Shown: positions 9,755 to 18,865 of the stretch, piece by piece
How positions within the stretch are numbered: the first letter of the stretch is position 1
Layout of the letters: every line of letters starts with the position of its first letter
Source of the DNA: a virus
IMG/VR virus record: IMGVR_UViG_3300026522_000001
Span: 32,001-96,000 of that record
Reading direction: 5' to 3' (one strand)
Length of the DNA stretch: 64,000 bases
Notes under the pieces: generated by a model
Database searches by the model: none
Seen by the model: the letters and a program-made list of their open reading frames with translations, nothing else
What the model was told of the DNA's origin: nothing
Made by a program: the position numbers and the translations under genes

Positions 9755-10467
9755 TTATTGCTTCATTTTGTCTAGTAGCTTTGTTATGCGTTTTCCACCG
9801 TTGCCATTACCAGAAAAAGCTAAACCAATCGCCATTGCTGTCATTTCACAGTCATAGGCATTTTTTCGCATGTCTTGCTTTACACACTTTTCATAGTACA
9901 TCATGATTTCTTCTCTACTATATTCTCTTAGTATTTTATCTTTATCGTGACCATGTTCTATTAAGCATTGTATAGCATCATATATGCTTATTTGCTCTTC
10001 TTCTTTTCTGCGTCTAGCTTCTTCTTGACTCCCGCTAACTTCTCGTTTACTTTCGTTATAAATTTCGTAAAAAAACCTTCATTTACCTCGTAGATGTTTT
10101 GAATCAAATCAACACTATCTTCAAGTGCAATCATCTCTACATCTTCATCTGTCATTGTGGTTGACTTTACAATTAAATCTTTAATAAAGTCTACACCTTC
10201 ATCACCAATCATAGTTACAAGGTCTACAAAACCTAGTAGACGTATGCTTGTAGTTGTAGCTTTATTATTTTCATCTACATACGAAAGTTCACTTATTGCT
10301 CTACTAAATCCTTCGCTATCTTCCATTAGCCGTTTAACAACACCACTTAGTTTTGTTGTTAGTCTGATAGCATTAAGCATTGAAATTTTCTTTACGATAA
10401 ATTTCTTTGTACCTAGTTTTATTTCTCTTTCTGCCAAGAGTAAATCCATTTCATCTTTTGTACTCAT
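9755..10467 (-). CDS. tail assembly chaperone, long form made by -1 frameshift (gpGT-like)
   Basis: The -1 frame is open from at least about 10060 through a TAA stop at 9755-9757. This adds about 78 codons beyond the zero-frame stop. An A-rich slip-prone run GCA GAA AAG AAG AAG lies at 9997-10011. Confidence 0.5.
9988..10467 (-). CDS. tail assembly chaperone, short form (gpG-like)
   Basis: 159-aa acidic protein located directly upstream of the tape measure gene. The call is based on synteny. Confidence 0.6.
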   Translation of the reverse strand: MSTKDEMDLLLAEREIKLGTKKFIVKKISMLNAIRLTTKLSGVVKRLMEDSEGFSRAISELSYVDENNKATTTSIRLLGFVDLVTMIGDEGVDFIKDLIVKSTTMTDEDVEMIALEDSVDLIQNIYEVNEGFFTKFITKVNEKLAGVKKKLDAEKKKSK

Positions 10468-10576
10468 AAAATCTTCCTCATTTCTTTTTATTAATTTTAT
10501 TAGTTTTCTGCATCAATTCATTAATTATATTATAACATATTTATCAAAAAAATGCAATATGCAAAAATGCAATACA

Positions 10577-12382
10577 TTACTGTTTCCACATCCATTTTGT
10601 ATTACCACATCTCCATACTTGAAATGCGCCTAGCTTATCCATTATATACACTTCTTTATTTCCTACTTCTTTATTTATTGCTTCTTCAAACAAATCAGGA
10701 TAATCTTTTTTTAGATATTTTAACTGACAATGCTCTCTTTTTATTTCTTCCCCGTTCAAATACCAATAATATCTAGGTGTAGACTGACTATCAAATTTAT
10801 ACCCCAATACAGGATATATTCCCCCTAAAAAGTAGTCATTATCAGAATAGCTTCTTATGTATTTAGGACTATATTCTCTAATAAAGGCTTTATGCAGTTT
10901 ATTTGCACCGCCTACAATAGTATATCCATCTTTTACACAATACCTGTGTAACTCATATTCGCCACTTTCTGCTTTTGTCAATCTAGGCTTACCAAAAATC
11001 ATTACAGAATATAATTCGTCATTATAAAACAATCCATAATTATACAATGCAAAATGCTTTTGTGTTCTGCCCTGAATATGATATTTGTCACAAAAGCTAT
11101 TTGCTTCTTCCTCTGTAATATGTCTTACAATACATTTTCTTGCATAGATTGCTTTATTTTTTACTAATAATGACCTTAAATACATTTTTATTTTTTCAGA
11201 GTTTTTCTTCCAGTCAACATCAAAAATACTAATTAGATGTACACCATTTTCTTTGCATGTCAAAAATTTTTCTCTATGATATTCTTTATCTTTGCAATAT
11301 AGTTTATTATTTACTGAATGAAATACACTACCGTTATATTCAATAGCTAAATGCTTAGATGGAATATAAATATCAAGCTCTTTTCCACCTAATACACTTC
11401 TATTATGTTGCACTACTTCCTCGTTTGTAATGCTTTTTACATAATCATATATTTCTAATTCTGCTTGTGAACCTCTCTGTGCAATGTTTACACAACCACA
11501 AGAATAGCACTTACCAGCTTTGACGGAAGTAACTCGCATTATCTTATCTTTTCCACAATGTGTACAATGGAATTTCCAAAAAGTTGCCCCGTCTTTAGTA
11601 TAAACATATTCTTTAGCTACTAAATATCCAAACTGTTTCCCTGTAATATCTTCATATCTATGCTCATGTTTTTTATGTCCACAAGAAGTTGTTAAACCAC
11701 TTTTCATTCTTTTACCACAGATAACACACTTCTTTCCGCAAGAACATGTACAATTCCAATAAGCCCTATGTTCTTTAGTATATGCAAAAGAATCAACATG
11801 CAATTCTCCAAAAGTCTTTCCCGTTAAATCCTCACCAAAATGATTATGCTTTCCACAATCATCTGTCTTACCATTTCTTAGCCTTTGTCCACTAGCTACG
11901 CATGTGTTCCCACAATCACATACACAATTCCAATAAAGCCTATTATCTTTACTATATGCAAAAGAAGTTACTGTTAGTTTTCCAAATCTTTTACCAATAA
12001 GTTCTTTTCTTTCTTCCTCTGGCTTACACTTGCCACAGGATTTTCTTCTTCCATTTAACAAAGAGTCTCCATCTGCAATAGTTTCATTTCCACAATCACA
12101 TTTACACCTAAATTTACTTTTACCAACATACTCCAATACAGTAAGGCTACCATACTTATTCCCAATCATATAATCATATTTTGTTGACTTCTTTTTTAAT
12201 ATACATTCTTTACAATGTGTTGTTATACCTTTTGTTAAATTTCCTGTTGCTGTTTCAATAGTGCCACCACAATCACATTTACATAACCAAAGTACCTTTC
12301 CACTATTTGATTTATGGTTGCATTTATTTAATACAACTAAGCTCCCAAATCTTTTCCCAGCTAAATTTAATGCTTTTGGCAT
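10577..12382 (-). CDS. homing-endonuclease-like protein: five tandem Cys-rich ribbon repeats, a DUF559/Vsr-like PD-(D/E)XK-type nuclease-like domain, and a conserved C-terminal domain
   Basis: Five repeats of GKRFGxLxV...WxCxCDCG...SCGC. These are followed by ELEIY...ELDIYIP...IEYNGSVFH...GVHLISIFDVDW and a C-terminal YELHRYCV..GGANKL..SYSDND..PRYYWY domain. It is a paralog of 13814-15460 and has its own promoter and a terminator upstream. Confidence 0.6.
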   Translation of the reverse strand: MPKALNLAGKRFGSLVVLNKCNHKSNSGKVLWLCKCDCGGTIETATGNLTKGITTHCKECILKKKSTKYDYMIGNKYGSLTVLEYVGKSKFRCKCDCGNETIADGDSLLNGRRKSCGKCKPEEERKELIGKRFGKLTVTSFAYSKDNRLYWNCVCDCGNTCVASGQRLRNGKTDDCGKHNHFGEDLTGKTFGELHVDSFAYTKEHRAYWNCTCSCGKKCVICGKRMKSGLTTSCGHKKHEHRYEDITGKQFGYLVAKEYVYTKDGATFWKFHCTHCGKDKIMRVTSVKAGKCYSCGCVNIAQRGSQAELEIYDYVKSITNEEVVQHNRSVLGGKELDIYIPSKHLAIEYNGSVFHSVNNKLYCKDKEYHREKFLTCKENGVHLISIFDVDWKKNSEKIKMYLRSLLVKNKAIYARKCIVRHITEEEANSFCDKYHIQGRTQKHFALYNYGLFYNDELYSVMIFGKPRLTKAESGEYELHRYCVKDGYTIVGGANKLHKAFIREYSPKYIRSYSDNDYFLGGIYPVLGYKFDSQSTPRYYWYLNGEEIKREHCQLKYLKKDYPDLFEEAINKEVGNKEVYIMDKLGAFQVWRCGNTKWMWKQ

Positions 12383-12473
12383 ATTAAAGTCTCCTTATGC
12401 TCCTTATGTCTCCTTAAAAAATTCTAAATACGGGCATTCCCTGCCCTTGCAGGTCATTCTTATACATACTTAT

Positions 12474-12501
12474 ATTATACCACAAATTGAGCATAAGTCA
12501 A
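12474..12501 (-). promoter_or_regulatory. sigma70-type promoter for 10577-12382
   Basis: On the minus strand, TTGACT (12496-12501), a 16-nt spacer, and TGgTATAAT (12474-12482). Confidence 0.6.
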
Positions 12502-12525
12502 TTACAATTACATTAAATTTTTATA

Positions 12526-12561
12526 CTAAAAAGAGGGTACTCCTGTGCCGGAATACCCTCT
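12526..12561 (-). terminator. rho-independent terminator after the major tail gene
   Basis: 8-bp stem AGAGGGTA/TACCCTCT followed by a T-run on the minus strand. Confidence 0.6.
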
Positions 12562-12599
12562 GTTCATAAAAAGGAAAAGAAAGGAAAAGATTTATATGA

Positions 12600-13811
12600 T
12601 TACCACTCAGGTAGATATTCACCTTTACCGCTCTGTGCATCAGAAACACGCTCGATTGCTGTAACCTTTGCATATGGGAACTGTGGGTGGTGTTCTGAAT
12701 CGTCCAAAAAGTCAATTTTTAGCTTATAAGAGCCAAAATCACTTGAGATAAGACCTGAAAGGTCGCCATCAGGCTGCACTTTGACCTTCCAACCTTCTAT
12801 TGTATAGTTGATACCAACATTAGCGTCACCAACAAATAGAAGTTCACCTTCAATATCTCCTGCGTCACCTAGTGAAACATTTGAGAATGTTCTTTCAGGA
12901 ACAGATGCACTAACTAGAACTGTGTCACCTGTCTTTAGTGAACCATTTGGAAGGAATCTTATGATACCTGCTCTTGCATCTTGTTCAGAGCAATCATAGT
13001 CTACACCTTTTACATATGCTGTCTTTGGTGCTACTATTTTTACTTCTGCCATTACACCTGAACTAAATGCTGTAAAAGAATCACTACTAGTTAGTGTTAT
13101 TACTGCTTTTGCACCACTTGCAAGAGTAAATGTTTCTGTTGTACCTGTTGTAGCTGTATACTTCTGTGCCGCGCCTGTAATACCTTCTTTGAAAGTTATT
13201 ACTAGCCCTGCAACATCACCATTAGCTGTGTTTGCTGTGTCTACACTAAAGAATAGTCTTTCATCTGTGCCTGTTGCATAAGCAGTTGCATCAATCTGTA
13301 TTTTACCACCTTTATCATCTGTTAGTGTAGAACCTGTAAAGTTCATAGAAGATGGCGCTGTCTTTACTGTTGCTGTTGCTTTACCTGCACCAACAGGCTT
13401 AACAACAATATCCTTTACATCATAGTATCTATTACCATCTGCATCTGTTAGTGTTATGATTCCTGGAACACTTGCAAGAGTATATGATTCATTAGTTAGT
13501 GTTACCGCTTCTTGCTTTGTTATTGCTTCCTCACCATAAAGACCGAGTGCAAGGTCATATGGGTTGTATTCTGTTAGTGTAAGAGAAGCACTAGGCTTAA
13601 CTGCTGTTGTAACTGTTGCCATTAGCGTTCTCTTTCTATTCATTGAACTGTTCTTTTCGACTGTTGTTACGTCTACTGTAATATTAAATTCATCAACATT
13701 GCCTAGATGGTGGAATCCGTTTGAATCCTTTGATGCACTCTTACGATTAAACCAAACTTCACCCGCCCCTACGAGGAGATCGGAAGCTAGACTTTGTGCC
13801 TGATTACTCAA
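12600..13811 (-). CDS. major tail (tube) protein with an Ig-like or beta-rich insertion
   Basis: 403 aa, T/G/A/V-rich and beta-type in composition. It lies between the head-tail connector genes and the chaperone. No sheath gene was seen, which implies a siphovirus-type tail. Confidence 0.55.
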   Translation of the reverse strand: MSNQAQSLASDLLVGAGEVWFNRKSASKDSNGFHHLGNVDEFNITVDVTTVEKNSSMNRKRTLMATVTTAVKPSASLTLTEYNPYDLALGLYGEEAITKQEAVTLTNESYTLASVPGIITLTDADGNRYYDVKDIVVKPVGAGKATATVKTAPSSMNFTGSTLTDDKGGKIQIDATAYATGTDERLFFSVDTANTANGDVAGLVITFKEGITGAAQKYTATTGTTETFTLASGAKAVITLTSSDSFTAFSSGVMAEVKIVAPKTAYVKGVDYDCSEQDARAGIIRFLPNGSLKTGDTVLVSASVPERTFSNVSLGDAGDIEGELLFVGDANVGINYTIEGWKVKVQPDGDLSGLISSDFGSYKLKIDFLDDSEHHPQFPYAKVTAIERVSDAQSGKGEYLPEW

Positions 13812-13813
13812 TA

Positions 13814-15460
13814 TTATTCCTCCCTTAAATTAAACAACCATTTTGTGTTGCCACTTCTATATACCTGACTTGCATTTAATTTTGTCATTACATAAATTTC
13901 TTTATTTGAAGCATTTTCTTTTAATGCTTCATTATAGATGTCTTTATACATTTCTTTTAGGTATTTTAACTGGCATTTTTCTCTTTTAAGCTCTACGCCG
14001 TTTAAGTACCAATAGTATCTAGGGTTTGTATACCCACTAAATGTATATCCTAGTCTATTGTAGATATTACCACTAAAGAAATCATTATCAGAATAGCTTA
14101 CTATTTGTTTTACATTGTGTGTTCTTTCAAAATACTTGTGTAATTTATTTGCCCCACCGACTACTGTATAGCCGTCCTTTACACAATATCTGTGTAATTC
14201 GTAGTAACCTTCTTTATTTTTAACAAATCTTTGATTACCAAAACACATTACACTAATCAATTCATTGTTATAGTATAAACCATAAATATATTTTGAAAGT
14301 CCTTTTCTTGAAGCCCCTTGTAAATGATATTTATTACAAAAGTCTTTATATGTCTCATAGTCTACATGTACTAGAGCGCATTTTCTTGCATATACCACTT
14401 TATTCTTTGTTAGCAATGATTTTAGATACATTTTAATCTTTTGTTTGTTTGATTCCCAGTCAACATCAAAGATATTTATTAAATGTACTCCTTTTTCTTT
14501 TGCTAATTTAAATTTATTAAAATGATATAGCTTGTCAACATTATCATATACGGAATTTACTGTTGCATGAAACATACTTCCATTATATTCTATACCTAAT
14601 TTATATTCAGGTAAATACAAGTCTATTTCTTTACCATCAAGAATTTCTCTTGTTTTTTCTATCTTTATATTTTTATTTAGTGATAATATATAATTTTTAA
14701 TTTCTAATTCTTCACTAGAACCTTCTTTTGCTATTGAAATGCAACCACAAGACTTGACTTCGCCGCGCATTACATATATTTTCTTTGCAATTATTTCATT
14801 ACCACAATCGCATCTAAATTTCCAGTAATGCCTTTTATCATCGCCCACATGGTCGAAACATATAGCTGTTAAATGATTGAATTTTTTATCCGTAATATCA
14901 ATAGTTCTTTCTTCATCTCGTAAACATCCACAAGACTTAGACCTCCCTGCTAATAACTTAGCTTTTTCTACTACTGATGTATTTCCACAATCACACCTAC
15001 ATAACCATTTTGCATCACCAACATAGGAAACTACTGTAAACCTACCAAATCTTCTACCAATAAATGAAGTGTCAATCTTTTTTCTACTACACCCACAAGA
15101 ATAATCTTTATCGTTCTTATGTGATATTAAGTAACTTCTTTTCTTTGTTGTGTAGTTTCCACATTCACACTTACATTTCCACAAGTCATTACCTAAATAT
15201 TCAACAATGGTAAGTTTCCCTATCTTTTTATTTAATAGGTCTTTGTTAAAGTTTTTTCTTTGTGCTTTCTTTCTTTGCTCTTTTCTAAAACACCCACAAG
15301 AAATTACCTTACCAGTATTTAGCAATGAACCTTGTACGGTTGTGTAATTTCCACAATCGCATTTACATAGCCATGCAGTCCGCCCGTTCTTCTTGCCATT
15401 CTCTCGAATAACTGTTAGTCTGCCAAACCGCTTTCCTGAAAGTTCTAGCTTTCGTCCCAC
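13814..15460 (-). CDS. homing-endonuclease-like protein, paralog with four ribbon repeats
   Basis: Four GKRFGRLTV...WLCKCDCGN...SCGC repeats. The nuclease-like and C-terminal domains are the same as in 10577-12382, at roughly 55-60% identity by eye. Confidence 0.6.
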   Translation of the reverse strand: MGRKLELSGKRFGRLTVIRENGKKNGRTAWLCKCDCGNYTTVQGSLLNTGKVISCGCFRKEQRKKAQRKNFNKDLLNKKIGKLTIVEYLGNDLWKCKCECGNYTTKKRSYLISHKNDKDYSCGCSRKKIDTSFIGRRFGRFTVVSYVGDAKWLCRCDCGNTSVVEKAKLLAGRSKSCGCLRDEERTIDITDKKFNHLTAICFDHVGDDKRHYWKFRCDCGNEIIAKKIYVMRGEVKSCGCISIAKEGSSEELEIKNYILSLNKNIKIEKTREILDGKEIDLYLPEYKLGIEYNGSMFHATVNSVYDNVDKLYHFNKFKLAKEKGVHLINIFDVDWESNKQKIKMYLKSLLTKNKVVYARKCALVHVDYETYKDFCNKYHLQGASRKGLSKYIYGLYYNNELISVMCFGNQRFVKNKEGYYELHRYCVKDGYTVVGGANKLHKYFERTHNVKQIVSYSDNDFFSGNIYNRLGYTFSGYTNPRYYWYLNGVELKREKCQLKYLKEMYKDIYNEALKENASNKEIYVMTKLNASQVYRSGNTKWLFNLREE

Positions 15461-15484
15461 TTTTCATTTCCCCTCTCACTATGT

Positions 15485-15513
15485 ATTATACCACATTTTG
15501 AGGGAAATTTCAA
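15485..15513 (-). promoter_or_regulatory. sigma70-type promoter for 13814-15460
   Basis: On the minus strand, TTGAAA (15508-15513), a 17-nt spacer, and TGgTATAAT (15485-15493). Confidence 0.6.
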
Positions 15514-15576
15514 CTCCAAAACTCTAACCACCATTTAGCATATTTATATGCAAACATTTTCTTTATTTTATTTTTT

Positions 15577-16062
15577 TTATAATCTATTTTTGCGCCATTC
15601 TATATCTAAAACATAGCGTGCTGAAACTGAAACTGGAGCATTTGTATCTCCATCGCTCAATACTGCTAATGGATTTAGCTTCATCACTATTCCATTGTCT
15701 GCCATGTATCTTTGAAATACAGGTAATAGTTGAGTTATTTCTTGTTCTATTTCATATACTTGCCGATAACAGGAGTCGTCGTAATCGTTCTCTCCATCTT
15801 CTGCCGCACCTTTTACATACATATCTATCCATAACTGAACTATTGCTCCGTTTACCCTGTCCTGTTTATCTAATGATTCTTCTGAACCAAATAGTATCCA
15901 TATTGCAGGATATTCGCCTGTATTACCTGCGCCTACTCTTATTATTAAGTCATCTCTATCAACTAGAGATGGAAATAATATAGAACCATCACTCTTTTTA
16001 TAGTTTCTCAAAAAATTTCTTAGCGTCATAGCTATTGTATACCAATTAACTTCATGTAACAA
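15577..16062 (-). CDS. tail completion or tail terminator-like protein
   Basis: 161 aa with a TTG start and AAGGAG RBS. The call rests only on position between the connector genes and the tail genes. Confidence 0.3.
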   Translation of the reverse strand: MLHEVNWYTIAMTLRNFLRNYKKSDGSILFPSLVDRDDLIIRVGAGNTGEYPAIWILFGSEESLDKQDRVNGAIVQLWIDMYVKGAAEDGENDYDDSCYRQVYEIEQEITQLLPVFQRYMADNGIVMKLNPLAVLSDGDTNAPVSVSARYVLDIEWRKNRL

Positions 16063-16076
16063 TTTTGTTTCACTCC

Positions 16077-16463
16077 TTAATTTCTATACACAGCCATTGT
16101 ACTAGGAAACTTTCTTCTTTTAGCACTATTACCATCTTTGAAGCTATCAGCTGTTATTTTTGATTCAAGCTCATCTAATAAAGATTTATATAGTCTATAC
16201 TTTAATGAAAAACTGTCATTATTTGCATCTTTACCAACACTAAATGTTGCTTTTCTTTGCGCCGCTGTCATATAAGCAAATGTCTGTGCAAGTCTGCTTA
16301 TTGGATATGGTGTAGGATTAGCAATATCTTTTGGCAAGATGTTAAATGTTAGTGCTAATGATTCTATATACTTAGATGATTCCTCTACTATAGCAGGGGT
16401 TACATAAGTTTTTAAGAGAGCATCATCTAAGTTTTTTGAATTAAAATATTCTCTATTAGCCAT
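16077..16463 (-). CDS. head-tail connector or adaptor protein
   Basis: 128 aa. It overlaps the upstream gene, suggesting translational coupling. The call is based on synteny. Confidence 0.35.
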   Translation of the reverse strand: MANREYFNSKNLDDALLKTYVTPAIVEESSKYIESLALTFNILPKDIANPTPYPISRLAQTFAYMTAAQRKATFSVGKDANNDSFSLKYRLYKSLLDELESKITADSFKDGNSAKRRKFPSTMAVYRN

Positions 16464-16992
16464 TAAGTAACCTCTCTAAGTTTTTGCTAAAAATCTTACT
16501 TATAGAAACAGACTTCTTTGCATTTATTACAGGTTTTTCTAAGTCTATTGGCGATGTACCCGGATGAAGTACTCTATGAACAACTATATATTTATCCATT
16601 TTCTCCCAATAAAACTTTAGCTTTTTATGTGGTGTATATTTACCAACTATCTCATGTGGTCTTGTACCATTCTGCACATATGGAGCATAATAATAATCTT
16701 TACCATGTTCTCTATGTACAGCTATTCTTTCGTTTATATATATAGTACCACCTTTTGCACCGTTTACTAACCTATATTGTATTGCTCGTTCTAGTCTGCC
16801 GCTTCTTGTCTTAAAAGAAGGATGGTGATGTCTTGCATACATAGTAATTTTTTCACAGGCTTCTACTAGACTGTCTCTTATAAAAGCATTGATGTCAACA
16901 TCTTTTATAATCCCTTCTTCTAGTCCTTTTGAAAGTTTATTTCTAAACTTAACTGCAACCCTACTACCTACATTATTAAGTATATCTGCCAC
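16456..16992 (-). CDS. HK97 gp10-like head-tail joining protein
   Basis: The KTRSGRLERAIQY motif resembles the gp10-family TGxLxxSI motif. The gene lies just after the capsid gene. Confidence 0.5.
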   Translation of the reverse strand: MADILNNVGSRVAVKFRNKLSKGLEEGIIKDVDINAFIRDSLVEACEKITMYARHHHPSFKTRSGRLERAIQYRLVNGAKGGTIYINERIAVHREHGKDYYYAPYVQNGTRPHEIVGKYTPHKKLKFYWEKMDKYIVVHRVLHPGTSPIDLEKPVINAKKSVSISKIFSKNLERLLNG

Positions 16993-17016
16993 AACATCAC
17001 CACTTTCTTAAACTTA

Positions 17017-18066
17017 TTAGTTTACAGAAGCAATTAGGATTGAACCTGCACCACTCTCAACGTCTGTGCTAAAGGATGGCAAGCAAATCTGAGAAACGAT
17101 TGTCTCAACATTAACAGGGTGCTCTATTGTACGTGTAAATACTGCTACACCTGTATCAATGATGCTAACTGCATTATTCTGCTTATTGAGAAGGTCTGCT
17201 TCCTCTGGTGTTGTACCCATGAACATGTTACCAATCACGCCGTTACCAACTGGAAGAAGTGTAACAACATCATCAGGGAAGAATGTCTTTGGTGTGCCAC
17301 CAACTGCATCTCTATAAGAGTTATCATTGATAAGAACAGTTAGTCCTGTAAACTTCTGAATTGCACTCTTAACTTCTGCCGCTGTGACAAGAGGTGCATT
17401 TACTGCATTTGGATAAAGTGCCTGCTTAACTTCCTTAGAAGCCTTGATAAGATTAAATGTCTTTGTTGTCATTACTGCGTAACCAAGTGCAATACGGAAG
17501 TCTGTTCTAAATTGGTCAACCCAATTCATCAGATCTTCTAGTGGTTTGCTGTTTTCAGTATCTTCCCACTTAACAGAAGCCTTTGTCTTTTGCTTACGAT
17601 TTAGCTTGTAGTCATATGCAAGACGAACACCATTACCAACAATATCAATCTTACCAGTTGAGATAAGTTGCATTGCCATGCGTTCGCGCTGTGCTCTTGC
17701 ACCACGGATTAGGTTGTTGGTATCATCAAAGATGTTTGCAACAATTCCTTCTAGTACGCTATCATTGGAGATTGCCATGATTTGCTGTCTAGTTTCCTCG
17801 TCAACCTTCATTCTTTCACGGAAGAATGGCATCTTTGATTTCTGGAGTTCAACAGACTGTCTATCACGGTATGTTGCCTGTGTATCAAAAGCACTTGGCT
17901 TTAGAGTAACAGGAAGTCCTGCATATCCGCTAATCTTATTTATTTCAAGCCCCATAACCTTCTTCTTTGGGAAAAGGTAATCAGAAAGATAAGTTGTCTG
18001 ATTTGCTTTTGTATTATCCCAATATGCTACAATATTTTGTGGGGTAACAATATCAAAAATATTCAC
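17017..18066 (-). CDS. major capsid protein, lambda gpE-like family
   Basis: 349 aa. The N-terminus ...TYLSDYLFPKKKVMGLEI... and the length are typical of the capsid E family. It has a GTG start with a GGAGG RBS and is preceded by scaffold and decoration genes. Confidence 0.8.
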   Translation of the reverse strand: MNIFDIVTPQNIVAYWDNTKANQTTYLSDYLFPKKKVMGLEINKISGYAGLPVTLKPSAFDTQATYRDRQSVELQKSKMPFFRERMKVDEETRQQIMAISNDSVLEGIVANIFDDTNNLIRGARAQRERMAMQLISTGKIDIVGNGVRLAYDYKLNRKQKTKASVKWEDTENSKPLEDLMNWVDQFRTDFRIALGYAVMTTKTFNLIKASKEVKQALYPNAVNAPLVTAAEVKSAIQKFTGLTVLINDNSYRDAVGGTPKTFFPDDVVTLLPVGNGVIGNMFMGTTPEEADLLNKQNNAVSIIDTGVAVFTRTIEHPVNVETIVSQICLPSFSTDVESGAGSILIASVN

Positions 18067-18089
18067 TATTATTTTTCCTCCCTCTTATA

Positions 18090-18818
18090 TTAGTCCTTAC
18101 GACCAAATACGATATGTGGTAGCTTTGCTTTTACTGCCGCACTTGGAACACTTGGCATATTATCTACATTGATATAGCCATGAATAATAAGTGCTCCTGT
18201 TGCTTCACCATCTGTAACATCTACACTGTGATAAAGAATACCGTCGATGTCTCCATCTACTGTTGCATCTCCACCCTTTGAAAGTGGCGCGGCTACTGCT
18301 TCTGCCGCTAGAGCATCTTCACCAACACCGGCCGCGAGTTCTGCTGTTACAAAAGTATTAGCAACAATATCGTCATTGATTGCATCGACAACCTCTTTAT
18401 ATGTGGTTGTGATAGCACCTGCCTTGTCTACTGCAAGAGTAACAACTAGTGCCTTTGTTTTAACATCAAAATTAACAGAAAGTGCACGCTTTGTTCCTTT
18501 TGTAAATGCTACTGTATAAGCACTAAGGTCGCCCTCATCCTTTGCTGTAACAACAACACTAGAATTTACTGTTAGTGCTGACTTTGTAACTTTTTCCTTA
18601 ACTGCTACTGCTTCTTGCTGTGGATTAACTAGAAGTGAACCTTCCTTACCATAAAGATATGTGCCTTGTGGAATAATATAATGTCCATCAACAGGTGTAA
18701 TATCTGCAATGGTATCTTTTGAAACTGTTACAGGACGTGCAACATACCCCTCGCTGACAAGAAGTAGTTCTTTATCATCCAAGCCTGTAACTGGACTTTT
18801 TCCAAAATTTACTGCCAT
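18090..18818 (-). CDS. head decoration protein (gpD-like) with a central insertion
   Basis: 242 aa, A/V/T-rich, located immediately upstream of the E-type capsid gene. Strong RBS. Confidence 0.5.
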   Translation of the reverse strand: MAVNFGKSPVTGLDDKELLLVSEGYVARPVTVSKDTIADITPVDGHYIIPQGTYLYGKEGSLLVNPQQEAVAVKEKVTKSALTVNSSVVVTAKDEGDLSAYTVAFTKGTKRALSVNFDVKTKALVVTLAVDKAGAITTTYKEVVDAINDDIVANTFVTAELAAGVGEDALAAEAVAAPLSKGGDATVDGDIDGILYHSVDVTDGEATGALIIHGYINVDNMPSVPSAAVKAKLPHIVFGRKD

Positions 18819-18865
18819 ATTTATTATGTCCTCCTTAAATATTAAATTTATTATATATTATCCGA

